Source: a bacterium
GTDB taxonomy: Bacteria > Patescibacteriota > Dojkabacteria > JAKAPS01 > JAJZLI01
Assembly: GCA_021846685.1 (NCBI GenBank)
Contig: JAJZWL010000004.1
Coordinates: 7,899-71,898 of the forward strand
DNA length: 64,000 bases
Direction: 5' to 3'
Numbering within the stretch: the stretch's first letter is position 1; each line of letters starts with the position of its first letter. The notes below the pieces were generated by a model that worked only from the letters and a program-made list of their open reading frames with translations, did no database searches and was not told where the DNA came from. This document shows positions 21,481 to 31,154 of the stretch, piece by piece. The position numbers and the translations under genes were made by a program.

Positions 21481-22059
21481 ATTCTCTGGAACTGGATATC
21501 CTCTATAATCTTCTAATATATTTTTACCATATATTAATCTGTAAAATGCCTCAGTTTCCATTAATGCTCCTGTTAGAGCATTATGAGGGTTCGGTTCACT
21601 TGGCATTCCTAGTATTTCATATATTCTATTAGTATTTAATCTCGATATTTTAAAATCTAGATTATTTTTTATAACGTAATTGACACAAAGTGTATTTAAA
21701 TCTACAGTTCTGAATGTCATAGGAAATGTCATCTGGTTTCTTTCAAACGCCTTGATGAGGAAATCCCTATCAAATGAAGGATTTTGCCCTGCTATGATTT
21801 TTTCTGTATTTTGATTATTTAACCATTTTAAAAAATTTACAATAATCTCTCTTTCGGAATGTTTATCTTTATTATCTATAATTTCTTTTTTAGAAAAGCC
21901 ATTTATTTTTAAAGATTCTAAATTGATTTCTGCATTATCAAAAACATTACATTCATCATAAAAAGTTTGTTTTGTATTTATAAAGTTTACAGCTCCTATA
22001 CTGACAATGGAATTTGTGGAAGGATCAATACCAGTAGTTTCTACATCTACAACAATCAT
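21466..22059 (-). CDS. DEDDh 3'-5' exonuclease
   Basis: VDVETTG, GQN.SFD and HNAL motifs. Confidence 0.88.
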   Translation of the reverse strand: MIVVDVETTGIDPSTNSIVSIGAVNFINTKQTFYDECNVFDNAEINLESLKINGFSKKEIIDNKDKHSEREIIVNFLKWLNNQNTEKIIAGQNPSFDRDFLIKAFERNQMTFPMTFRTVDLNTLCVNYVIKNNLDFKISRLNTNRIYEILGMPSEPNPHNALTGALMETEAFYRLIYGKNILEDYRGYPVPENLLIS

Positions 22060-22061
22060 TA

Positions 22062-22424
22062 TTATATTTTTTCAACTACTACTGCAGTACCATAACATAA
22101 TACTTCTGAGATACCTGGAGCAACCTCATTTGTATCATATCTAACTGCAATTATTGCATTAGATCCAAATGCTTGAGCATGCTGACACATTAGATTGTAT
22201 GCCTCATCTCTGGCTCTTTCACACATTTGGGTATATATAGTAATATTTCCTCCAAAAATAGTTTGTATACTTGCTCCAATATTCCCGACTATACTTCTAG
22301 ATCTTACTATTATTCCCTTTACTAATCCTTTATTCTGTATTATCTTATAGCCATCAAGTATGAATGCTGTAGTTACCATAGATTTATCAAAGTTATTAAC
22401 TGCATTTTCTTGATTATTATTCAT
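22062..22424 (-). CDS. YbjQ/UPF0145 family protein
   Basis: GLVKG..VRSR, FGG.I..Y, G.NAIIAVRYD and YGTAV motifs. Confidence 0.92.
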   Translation of the reverse strand: MNNNQENAVNNFDKSMVTTAFILDGYKIIQNKGLVKGIIVRSRSIVGNIGASIQTIFGGNITIYTQMCERARDEAYNLMCQHAQAFGSNAIIAVRYDTNEVAPGISEVLCYGTAVVVEKI

Positions 22425-22487
22425 ACTATGTTAAAATGTCTGAAGTTATACCTGATTATATAGTGTATTTTATCAAAAATCTAGCTT

Positions 22488-23396
22488 ATGAAAATCTGTA
22501 TTTTTTCTAGATCAAATACTATCGAGGATGAAGCAATTAAGAGAGAATCTGAAAAAAGAGGTCATGAGTGTAGTATTATAAATCCAAAATCATTAATATT
22601 TAATTTTAGTGGTGATTTAAAAATTACTACCAATGAGGGTATAGATCTTACATATTTTGATGTTTTTGTACCTAGAGTATTTTCTATAACAGAAACAATA
22701 GAAGGAAAAAAATATAAAAGAAATTCCAAGAACCTTATTATTAAATATTTATTGGATCACGACAAGATATTTTTAGATAAAAATTATGACCACAAAAGGG
22801 AAACTCAGGGAAAAATATATCAGTTATCTAGATTTAACAACTTTCATATTCCTATATTTCCTACTGTTTTTTTATATAGAACAGATAAAAAATATATAGA
22901 AAGTTCATTATTACAAGCTAAAATAAATCCTCCATATATTATCAAAGATGTAGCTGGTTCAAAGGGAGAGAATATATTTAAATGTGATAGTGTAGATGAA
23001 ATTAAAGACAAGATTGAACAATATAATAATGTTTATTTTATGATTCAAGCATTTCATAAAATAGATCATGATTTGAGAATTTTAGTATTAGGCAATAGGG
23101 TATTAGGTGCAATAGAAAAAATTCATAAAAGTGGAGATTTTAAAGGTAATATTTCTCAAGGAGCAGATTCAAAAATTTTCAAGTTATCAAATGAATTAGA
23201 AACTCTAGCTTTAATGACAAATAATATTTTGCAATATGATTTTACTGGTGTAGATATTGCAATTGTGGGGAATAAAAATTATATTTTAGAAGTTAATGAG
23301 GTTCCTCAATTTAGAGGTTTTGTTGAAACTACTGGATTGAATGTAGCTTTAGAAATAGTTAAATATTTAGAATATTTATATAACACATCTTTATGA
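22488..23396 (+). CDS. RimK-like ATP-grasp ligase
   Basis: IIK...GS.G, DLRILV, F+GNISQG and GVD...YILEVN..P motifs. Confidence 0.88.
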   Translation: MKICIFSRSNTIEDEAIKRESEKRGHECSIINPKSLIFNFSGDLKITTNEGIDLTYFDVFVPRVFSITETIEGKKYKRNSKNLIIKYLLDHDKIFLDKNYDHKRETQGKIYQLSRFNNFHIPIFPTVFLYRTDKKYIESSLLQAKINPPYIIKDVAGSKGENIFKCDSVDEIKDKIEQYNNVYFMIQAFHKIDHDLRILVLGNRVLGAIEKIHKSGDFKGNISQGADSKIFKLSNELETLALMTNNILQYDFTGVDIAIVGNKNYILEVNEVPQFRGFVETTGLNVALEIVKYLEYLYNTSL

Positions 23397-24313
23397 AAAT
23401 ATGTATAATTAATCACAATAATAAAAAGAATGATATTTCAAAAGGTCATAGAACAAAGTCTATATCAGCAGAGGCCTTTAAAAAAGGATATTCTGTAGAC
23501 ATTATTGATAGTTATGATTTAGTTTTTAGTTTTGATGAGAATTCTTCATTATCAATATCTACAATACAAGGAAATTCTCTATTAGATTATGATGCATATA
23601 TAATATATTCAGTAGGTATCATAGAAGATAAAAAGGCTAATATTGAAAAAGTCGTTATTGCAGATTATTTAATATTTCATAATAAATTAGTATTTAACTA
23701 TTCAGCTGTTATCTCTTCTGTATATAAGAGTAAGCTTTTAGATTTTTATAAAATGCAAAAGCTTGGAGTTCCTATTATAAAGACCTTTTACGTAGAAGAT
23801 CACAAAGATATTGAAAGTATTAAAAAAATCATAAAAGATAATGATTATATGTTCCCATTAATCCTTAAACCAGTTAATGGTACTCAAGGGCGGGATATAT
23901 ATAAAGTTCAAAATATAGATGAAATTGAAAATCTTATAATATCTCAAAAAAATAAGAGTTTTATGATTCAGGAATATATCCCAATAATCCATGATTTAAG
24001 AACTATTGTATTTTCTGGGGAAATATTAGGATCTATAGATAAAATTCCAATGAATGGCGATTTTAGGGGTAATATTTCACAAGGAGCTAAGGCAGTGGAA
24101 TATAAGCTTTCAGATGAACTAAAAGCTATATCATTAATGGTTGCAAATTCTTCAGGATCAGTTATATCGGGTGTGGATATATGTATTTCTAATAATAGTT
24201 ATTTTATTCTTGAAGTGAATGATAATCCAGAATTCAAAGGGTTTGCTAATTGCCTAAATATAAATGTTCCTCAAATTATTCTAAATTATCTAGAAAAATT
24301 TCAAATTAATTAA
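23393..24313 (+). CDS. RimK-like ATP-grasp ligase (tandem paralog)
   Basis: ILKP..GTQG, IQEYI, DLR, FRGNISQG and GVD...ILEVN..P motifs. Confidence 0.88.
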   Translation: MKICIINHNNKKNDISKGHRTKSISAEAFKKGYSVDIIDSYDLVFSFDENSSLSISTIQGNSLLDYDAYIIYSVGIIEDKKANIEKVVIADYLIFHNKLVFNYSAVISSVYKSKLLDFYKMQKLGVPIIKTFYVEDHKDIESIKKIIKDNDYMFPLILKPVNGTQGRDIYKVQNIDEIENLIISQKNKSFMIQEYIPIIHDLRTIVFSGEILGSIDKIPMNGDFRGNISQGAKAVEYKLSDELKAISLMVANSSGSVISGVDICISNNSYFILEVNDNPEFKGFANCLNINVPQIILNYLEKFQIN

Positions 24314-24361
24314 TTTAATACTCTAAATTAAACTTTATTTAAAGCTTATAATCTATGTTCC

Positions 24362-24390
24362 TTGACAGAATAAATATGAAGTATTATATT
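24362..24390 (+). promoter_or_regulatory. Sigma70 promoter of the dcw operon
   Basis: TTGACA (24362-67), 17 nt spacer, TATATT (24385-90). Confidence 0.75.
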
Positions 24391-24400
24391 AAATTCAGTT

Positions 24401-24430
24401 GTGGTGATAAGTGGTGATAAGTGGTGATAG
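24401..24430 (+). promoter_or_regulatory. MraZ binding repeats
   Basis: GTGGTGATAA GTGGTGATAA GTGGTGATAG: three GTGG boxes at 10-bp period just upstream of mraZ, matching the known MraZ operator layout. Confidence 0.85.
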
Positions 24431-24446
24431 TTTATACAATAAGTTT

Positions 24447-24881
24447 ATGTTAATAGGAGAATATACATCTAAATTACAAGATAAAAATAGGATAGCAATG
24501 CCTAAGAAATTTAGATCTGAGATTGGGGATAAGATAATCATCACTAAAGGGTATGAGAATTGTTTAATAGTAGTGCCTGAAAATAAATGGGATTTGATGG
24601 TTAAAGATATAGTATCAAGACCTTTTACAATAACAAATGCACGGGATACTTCGAGGTTTATATTAGGATCTGCAGCTGAAGCATATTTAGATGATCAAGG
24701 ACGATTTGTAATTCCTCAAACATTAATATCGCATGCAGAATTGGATGGAGAAGTTTCATTTTTAGGATTAGTCTCTTGGATTGAAATTTGGAGCAGCATA
24801 AAGTGGAAAGAGAGAGAAAGTTATTTAAGAGATAATGGTGCAAATATAGCAGATGAGTTGTCAAAATTAGATGTATCATGA
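24447..24881 (+). CDS. mraZ: Division/cell wall cluster repressor MraZ
   Basis: MLIGEY..., DKNRIAMPKKFR and DDQGRFVIP duplicated SpoVT/AbrB motifs; first gene before rsmH. Confidence 0.95.
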   Translation: MLIGEYTSKLQDKNRIAMPKKFRSEIGDKIIITKGYENCLIVVPENKWDLMVKDIVSRPFTITNARDTSRFILGSAAEAYLDDQGRFVIPQTLISHAELDGEVSFLGLVSWIEIWSSIKWKERESYLRDNGANIADELSKLDVS

Positions 24882-25782
24882 CACAGTTCTTTTACAAAAT
24901 ATAATAAATGAGCTTGAAATCAAAGAAAAGGGGGTATATGTAGATACTACTTTAGGAGGAGGAAGTGTAAGTTTTGAAATACTTAATAGGCTTAAAGGTG
25001 GAAATCTCATTAGTCTTGATATAGATACAGATGCTATTAATAATTTTAAATTAGAATTTGAAAAGAAATATAGCAAAAAATTTATATCAAATAGTATGAC
25101 TTTAGAAAGCAATACTATAACTCTAGTAAATGAGAATTTTTCAAAGCTAAAAGAGATTATACTCAATTTAGGTAAGGAAAAGTTAAAGATAAATGGAATA
25201 ATTTATGATTTAGGGGTTTCATCCTTTCAAATAGATAATCCTAAAAAAGGATTTAGCTATATGTCAGATTCTGATTTAGATATGAGAATGGACAAAAGAT
25301 TGAAAGTTACTGCCCGAGACCTCTTAAATGGAATGTATGAAAAAGAATTGAGTAGTATGTTTGAGAGATATTCTGAAGAACCCTTTTCAAAAGACATAGC
25401 AAGAAATATTGTAAAGTTCAGAAAAACAAAAAGTATAGAGAGGTCTAGTGATTTGGTATCAATAGTAAAGAGAAGTATTAGAGGTCAAGCTTATCTCTAT
25501 CACCATGTATCAAGAATATTTCAGGCATTAAGAATCAAAGTTAACAATGAGTTGGGCGTTTTGAGTGATTCTCTGCTTCTTTTGCCTGATATTCTTGAGA
25601 GTGGTGGTAGAGTAGTATTTTTAACTTATCATTCTGGAGAGGATAGAATTATAAAACACTATTTTCTCCACAATGATAACTTTATATCTTTGTATAAAAA
25701 ACCTGTGACTCCTAGTGATGAAGAAATTTCAAAAAATAGGAGAGCTAGGTCAGCTAAAATGAGAGTATATGAAAAAAAATAA
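24871..25782 (+). CDS. rsmH: 16S rRNA m4C1402 methyltransferase
   Basis: VDTTLGGG, DLGVSSFQ.D, LDMRMD, FQALRI.VN.EL and RARSAKMR motifs. Confidence 0.96.
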   Translation: MYHDTVLLQNIINELEIKEKGVYVDTTLGGGSVSFEILNRLKGGNLISLDIDTDAINNFKLEFEKKYSKKFISNSMTLESNTITLVNENFSKLKEIILNLGKEKLKINGIIYDLGVSSFQIDNPKKGFSYMSDSDLDMRMDKRLKVTARDLLNGMYEKELSSMFERYSEEPFSKDIARNIVKFRKTKSIERSSDLVSIVKRSIRGQAYLYHHVSRIFQALRIKVNNELGVLSDSLLLLPDILESGGRVVFLTYHSGEDRIIKHYFLHNDNFISLYKKPVTPSDEEISKNRRARSAKMRVYEKK

Positions 25783-26071
25783 AAAATCTAACAAAATATT
25801 ATTAACACTTATATTTACGCTATTTTTAATAGTTGTAGGTCAATTGTATCTAATGAATAATATAGATTCATATAATTATACTGTAGAAAGATTAATATCT
25901 CAGTATAATACATATAATGTAAAGAATCAGAATCTTCAAGGAGAAATCTCTTCAAATCAATCATTAATTAGTATTAAAAATAATCTTTTGAAAAAGGGAT
26001 ATAAAAATGTAAATAACGTTAACTATACTCCTTCTAATGCATATAGTTTTAATGTATCATCATCCAAATGA
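25769..26071 (+). CDS. FtsL-like cell division protein
   Basis: Basic N-terminus, single TM and coiled coil; lies between rsmH and the PBP gene. Confidence 0.6.
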   Translation: MKKNKKSNKILLTLIFTLFLIVVGQLYLMNNIDSYNYTVERLISQYNTYNVKNQNLQGEISSNQSLISIKNNLLKKGYKNVNNVNYTPSNAYSFNVSSSK

Positions 26072-27789
26072 ATAGTGATTTATTTAAGAAAAAGGCATTT
26101 TTCTTAATTTTAATAGTGTTTATTGCATTTTTGATTTTAATAGTAAAATTATTTGATCTTCAAGTATTAAATAATGCACAGTACTCTATTGAAGCATCTG
26201 CGGAAAATTCTTTTTTAACTAGTATGCCTGCATTACGAGGTATTATCGAGAGTTCAACTGGAAGTATACTTGCAGATAATACTCCAGTATATAAAGTATA
26301 TGTTTCTTTAAATAATGTAGTAAACAAAAAAAGTTTTGAAAATGAAGTATATTCTGTTTTAGGAATAAAAAAAAGCTATATGCAATCACTATTTAATAGT
26401 AAATTAGTTTGGGTAAAATTATCTTCAGATATAAGTATTTCTCAAAAAAATAAATTATCGAATCTTCCATCTTTAACATTTGTGCAATATGAAAGTCGTT
26501 ATTATCCAAATAAACAATTATTTGCACATGTATTAGGATTTTTGGGTAGAGATTATAAAGGTCAAGTGAGTGGTTTTTATGGAGTAGAAGGTTATTTTAA
26601 TGGAGCTCTTGTTGGAAAAGCAGGATATACAAAAGGTATTCAATCTGCTTCTGGTATTCCTTTACTTTCTCAAAATTATCAATTTGTTCCTGCTCAAAAT
26701 GGAGATACTATTAAATTAACTGTAAATCCAGCAATTCAAAATATTGTGTCTTCTAGTGTAAATTATTGGTCTAAAAAAGAGAATGCAACTTCAGGTGCTG
26801 CTATTGTAATGAATCCTAAAACAGGTGCAATTTTGGCAATGGCCAGTTACCCTAGTTTTAATCCAAATACATATTGGAAATATAAATATTCTAATTTTCA
26901 AAATAATGCAATTTCTTTTATTTATGAACCAGGTTCTGTTGGTAAATTAATTACTGTGTCTGCTGCTTTACAAACAGGAGCAATGACTCCAAGTACAACA
27001 GTAAATGATAAAACTGGAGTATTTTCAGTTGGAGGGCAAAATATATATAACTGGAATAAAGCCCCTGATGGAGTAATGAATTTAGGAAGGATACTTCTTT
27101 TATCTTCTAATGTGGGAGCTAGTATGGTGGCAACTCAATATCTTTCTTCAAAGTTGATGTATGAATTTTCAAAAAAATATGGATTTGGAAATTTAACAGG
27201 AATAACTTTACAGGGAGAAGAAACTGCTAACATCCCACCATATAAGACTTGGAACAAATCTAATCTTGCTACTGATTCATTTGGACAATTTGTATCAGTA
27301 TCTCCATTACAGATATTAGATGCTTATGATGCTCCTGCAAATGGAGGTAAAATTATGCAACCTTATATAGTACAAAGTATTACTAATTCAAAAGGATCTA
27401 CTGTAAATTTTAAACCTAAAGTTCTATATAATCCTATCTCTCCTACTGTTGCTTCAGAAATTAATACTATGCTTGTAGGTACTACCCAAGGAGAACCAAA
27501 TTGGGCTTTACATAAAGAAGGTGTTGGGCAATATATGCCTATTATTGCAGGTAAAACGGGTTCTGCCCAAATGCCATCTAAAAAACATCCAGGACAGTAT
27601 AGTACTACTAATTATGTTATGACATATGTGGCCTATGCTCCAGCCAATAATCCTAAATTTATACTTTTAACAATGATGAATTCTCCCCATAAACCATTAT
27701 TGAATCAATACTATGCAGCAACTACTGCTTGTGTAGAGTGGGGACAGATAGCTTCAAAATTATTCCCATATTTTGGGATTGCTCCTTAA
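26068..27789 (+). CDS. ftsI: Class B penicillin-binding protein (FtsI-like)
   Basis: RG.I, R.YP, G.EG; catalytic EPGSVGK (SxxK), SSN and KTG motifs; dcw position. Confidence 0.88.
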   Translation: MNSDLFKKKAFFLILIVFIAFLILIVKLFDLQVLNNAQYSIEASAENSFLTSMPALRGIIESSTGSILADNTPVYKVYVSLNNVVNKKSFENEVYSVLGIKKSYMQSLFNSKLVWVKLSSDISISQKNKLSNLPSLTFVQYESRYYPNKQLFAHVLGFLGRDYKGQVSGFYGVEGYFNGALVGKAGYTKGIQSASGIPLLSQNYQFVPAQNGDTIKLTVNPAIQNIVSSSVNYWSKKENATSGAAIVMNPKTGAILAMASYPSFNPNTYWKYKYSNFQNNAISFIYEPGSVGKLITVSAALQTGAMTPSTTVNDKTGVFSVGGQNIYNWNKAPDGVMNLGRILLLSSNVGASMVATQYLSSKLMYEFSKKYGFGNLTGITLQGEETANIPPYKTWNKSNLATDSFGQFVSVSPLQILDAYDAPANGGKIMQPYIVQSITNSKGSTVNFKPKVLYNPISPTVASEINTMLVGTTQGEPNWALHKEGVGQYMPIIAGKTGSAQMPSKKHPGQYSTTNYVMTYVAYAPANNPKFILLTMMNSPHKPLLNQYYAATTACVEWGQIASKLFPYFGIAP

Positions 27790-27830
27790 AACTTGATAAA
27801 TAGTTCTTTTTTTGCAATAATTTTCTCTAT

Positions 27831-29123
27831 ATGTATAAATTTGAAATAGAAGGACAACATCCTTTGTCTGGGGAAGTAAGTTTATTAGGTGGAAAAAATA
27901 ACGTCATTCCTATAATTTGTGCTACATTATTAACAGATCAACCTTGTATTATTAAAAATATTCCCAAAATATCTGATGTTAGAGTTTTAATAAAAATATT
28001 AAGAATTCTCGGATCAGACATAAAGTATATTACTCCTTCAGAACTTAAGATTGTTAATAAAAATTTATCTATAGATAAAGATAAAGAAAAATTAATATTT
28101 GAAAATATTCAAAAAATGAGAGGTTCTATATTATTAATAGCACCATTACTTTATAGATTTAAAAATATCTCATTTATACATCCAGGAGGGGATAAAATAG
28201 GAGGAAGAGATCTCTCTGCTCATTTTTCTGGATTCAAAAAACTTGGTGTAAATATTGAATTTACAAATACTAATTTTTCTCTTTCTGGTAATCTAAAACC
28301 TAATTATATCTTCTTATATGAACCATCAGTTACTGCAACAGAAAATCTTCTAATGCTAAGCGCTATTATAAAAGGAGAATCAATTATTGAAAATGCAGCC
28401 TGTGAACCTCATGTAAAAGATTTATGTATAATGCTAACCAAAATGGGTGTGCAGATTGAAGGAATCGGTACAAATATTTTAAAAATTAAAGGAGATCAAA
28501 ATCTATCTGGAGTAGACTTTACAGTATCTTCAGATGAAATTGAGGCTGCAACCTATATTATATTTGCGTTAATGTCTAAAGGTGAGATAAAAATACAAAA
28601 TATAGATACATTTGTTATGAAATCAATTTTTTATGTATTTGATATGTTTAATATAAAATATACAATTGGAGATAATTATATTTATATTAAAAATAAACAA
28701 GATTTATATTATAAAGGTAGTTTAGGATTTGGTAATTTAGGTATATATACCCATCCATATCCTGGGTTCCCTACAGATCTTCTGTCATTAGTGATATCAT
28801 TAGCTACGCAAGTTAAAGGTGAAGTAATATTTTTTGAAAAAATGTATGAGAATAGAATAGATTTTGCACTAGAACTGAAAAAAATGGGTGCAACATTTAA
28901 TATACTAGATACTCATAGAATTTTAGTAAAAGGCCCAGTAAAACTTCACTCAGCTAATATTTTTTCTAGAGATATAAGATCAGGAGTTGCTTATCTTTCT
29001 GCTATGTTATCTGCATCTGGTATAAGCACTTTAACTGGTATAGAAAATATAGATAGAGGATATCCTAATATTGAAAAAACATTAGATAGTCTAAATGCTA
29101 AAGTTAAAAGAATAAAGATATGA
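27831..29123 (+). CDS. murA: UDP-N-acetylglucosamine 1-carboxyvinyltransferase (Asp-type active site)
   Basis: G.KN, PGGDKIG.R, SVTATEN, NAACEP, PYPGFPTD, DIRSG and IDRGY motifs. Confidence 0.95.
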   Translation: MYKFEIEGQHPLSGEVSLLGGKNNVIPIICATLLTDQPCIIKNIPKISDVRVLIKILRILGSDIKYITPSELKIVNKNLSIDKDKEKLIFENIQKMRGSILLIAPLLYRFKNISFIHPGGDKIGGRDLSAHFSGFKKLGVNIEFTNTNFSLSGNLKPNYIFLYEPSVTATENLLMLSAIIKGESIIENAACEPHVKDLCIMLTKMGVQIEGIGTNILKIKGDQNLSGVDFTVSSDEIEAATYIIFALMSKGEIKIQNIDTFVMKSIFYVFDMFNIKYTIGDNYIYIKNKQDLYYKGSLGFGNLGIYTHPYPGFPTDLLSLVISLATQVKGEVIFFEKMYENRIDFALELKKMGATFNILDTHRILVKGPVKLHSANIFSRDIRSGVAYLSAMLSASGISTLTGIENIDRGYPNIEKTLDSLNAKVKRIKI

Positions 29124-29896
29124 AAAAAAGTTTAAGAAAAGTTATAAAAACTATTTTATCTAAATATTCAAAATTATTAATCCTAAAACATAGAATAAAA
29201 TTTATTACTATTTTTGGAAATTATAATCAAGATGTTGCAGTGGAGGGTATCTACTCAATACTTAAAGATAATGGAGTTAAGACGAGCCGTAATTATGTAG
29301 ATTTTGAAAAAGATATTGATGTTTCTTATTTTATTATAACTGATAAAGAAAATTTTACTTTTTTCGGATTCTTATATCTTTTAATAAAATATCCCATTAC
29401 TCTCTTTTCTAAGAAATATGATGATAAAGTAATAATATTAAATTTATCTACTTTTAATCCAGGAGTTGTTAAATATTATTCTGAATTTATACATTCTGAT
29501 ATCTTTTTACTCTTAGATGTTACTAAAAAATCTGTAATTTATGAAGATCAAATAATGAAAGATTCTCAAAAAGAAGCAATTGTTATAATCGATGGAGATA
29601 CTTCTTCTAGAAAAATGATAACCTTTGATTTTAATAAAAAAATATTAAGTTTTGGTACAAATCCTAGTAATGACATAATGTATAAAACATCTGCTTCAAA
29701 AATAGATATTACGTATAATGAGAACCATATAGAAATTCAGAATAATTTTAAAAATATAGATCCTAGAATACTTATAGCTTGTTTACTTACTAGTATTTCA
29801 TATGGAATTAGTTTTCATAATGCTGTTTCAAGTCTAGAAAAATTTTATATGCCAAATAGAGACTTTCAAAAAGTTTTTGAAAAATTCATGAAATAA
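29120..29896 (+). CDS. Degenerate/truncated Mur-ligase-like protein
   Basis: Lies between murA and murE; N-terminus (SKLLILKHRIKFITIFG) resembles MurF-type starts, but the P-loop GKT is absent. Confidence 0.45.
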   Translation: MKKSLRKVIKTILSKYSKLLILKHRIKFITIFGNYNQDVAVEGIYSILKDNGVKTSRNYVDFEKDIDVSYFIITDKENFTFFGFLYLLIKYPITLFSKKYDDKVIILNLSTFNPGVVKYYSEFIHSDIFLLLDVTKKSVIYEDQIMKDSQKEAIVIIDGDTSSRKMITFDFNKKILSFGTNPSNDIMYKTSASKIDITYNENHIEIQNNFKNIDPRILIACLLTSISYGISFHNAVSSLEKFYMPNRDFQKVFEKFMK

Positions 29897-29921
29897 GTAT
29901 ATTGTAGTATAGTATTAATAT

Positions 29922-31154
29922 ATGAAAAAGATATATCATTATTTGAAATCTAATGTATTGAGAGTGCCATTTATATTTGATAGATATAAATGTAAATTTA
30001 TAGCAGTTACAGGTACTGATGGGAAGACGACTGTATCAACATTATTGTATGATATGATGAAGAATGAAGGATTAAAAGTGGCATGTTTTACTACAATAGG
30101 TATAACTTATCCTGAAGGATTTATAGATACTGGGCTTCATACCACAACATTAGATACTCTTGAATTAAGAAAAAATCTTAAAAAATTTAAAAATTATGAT
30201 TTTGTAATCTTAGAAACAACTTCTCATGCTATTGATCAAAATAGAATTGCTGGATTAAAATTTAGTGCTATTTTATATACTAATATAACAGAAGATCATC
30301 TAGATTATCATAAAACTTGGGATAGATATGCATATGCCAAATCTAAATTAAAAAATTATTTAACTCATTCTGGTTTTGCTGTCATTAATATGGATGATGA
30401 AAAATCATTTAAATACCTAACAAATAGATTTACAAATATAAATTGCTATACATATTCTGTATATAAAAAAAATGCAACAATTAAAGCATTTAATGTGACA
30501 GAAAACAGTTTTGATGTTAAATTGGAAAATAAGACTTACTCTTTTAAAACTAAACTTTTTGGTGAATATAACATACAAAATTCATTACTATGTATATTTA
30601 CTGCATTAAAATTTGATATAAATGAATCTAGTATTCAAAAAAGTTTGCTATATCCTCCTTCAATAGAAGGTAGATTTGATGTTGTATCAAAAAAACCACT
30701 TATTATAGTAGATTTTGCACATACTGCTAATGCAATATATAATATCTTAGAAAATTTATCTGTTCTTAAAAAAAATGGTAAAAATAGATTAATTACAATT
30801 TTTGGTGCACCAGGAGATAGAGATAAATTTAAAAGACCTGATATGGGTAAAAATGCCTCTCTTTTTTCAGATATCATAATTATAACTGAAGATGATCCTC
30901 GTTTTGATAACCCAAAAGATATCTATACAGATATTGTACAGAATATAGATACTAAACTCTTTAAAAAAAATATTAATTTATATCAAATCGACAAGAGGGC
31001 AGATGCAATTAATTTTGCTTTAAAAATAGCACGAAAAAATGATATTATTGCAGTTTTAGGAAAGGGTCATGAAAAATCATTAGCAATCAAGGGAAAAGAA
31101 ATTCCTTGGTCAGATAAAGAATTTATTTTAAAAAAAATAAAAAATGGAAAATAA
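29922..31154 (+). CDS. murE: UDP-MurNAc-tripeptide ligase
   Basis: VTGTDGKTT, ETTSH, TNITEDHLDYH, DFAHT, GDRD..KRP.MG and GKGHE motifs. Confidence 0.93.
   Translation: MKKIYHYLKSNVLRVPFIFDRYKCKFIAVTGTDGKTTVSTLLYDMMKNEGLKVACFTTIGITYPEGFIDTGLHTTTLDTLELRKNLKKFKNYDFVILETTSHAIDQNRIAGLKFSAILYTNITEDHLDYHKTWDRYAYAKSKLKNYLTHSGFAVINMDDEKSFKYLTNRFTNINCYTYSVYKKNATIKAFNVTENSFDVKLENKTYSFKTKLFGEYNIQNSLLCIFTALKFDINESSIQKSLLYPPSIEGRFDVVSKKPLIIVDFAHTANAIYNILENLSVLKKNGKNRLITIFGAPGDRDKFKRPDMGKNASLFSDIIIITEDDPRFDNPKDIYTDIVQNIDTKLFKKNINLYQIDKRADAINFALKIARKNDIIAVLGKGHEKSLAIKGKEIPWSDKEFILKKIKNGK

Noticed and set aside
24401-24430. 10-bp tandem repeat as a novel element or as a GTG start for a longer mraZ
   Set aside because: It is explained by the known MraZ operator; ATG 24447 matches typical MraZ N-termini.
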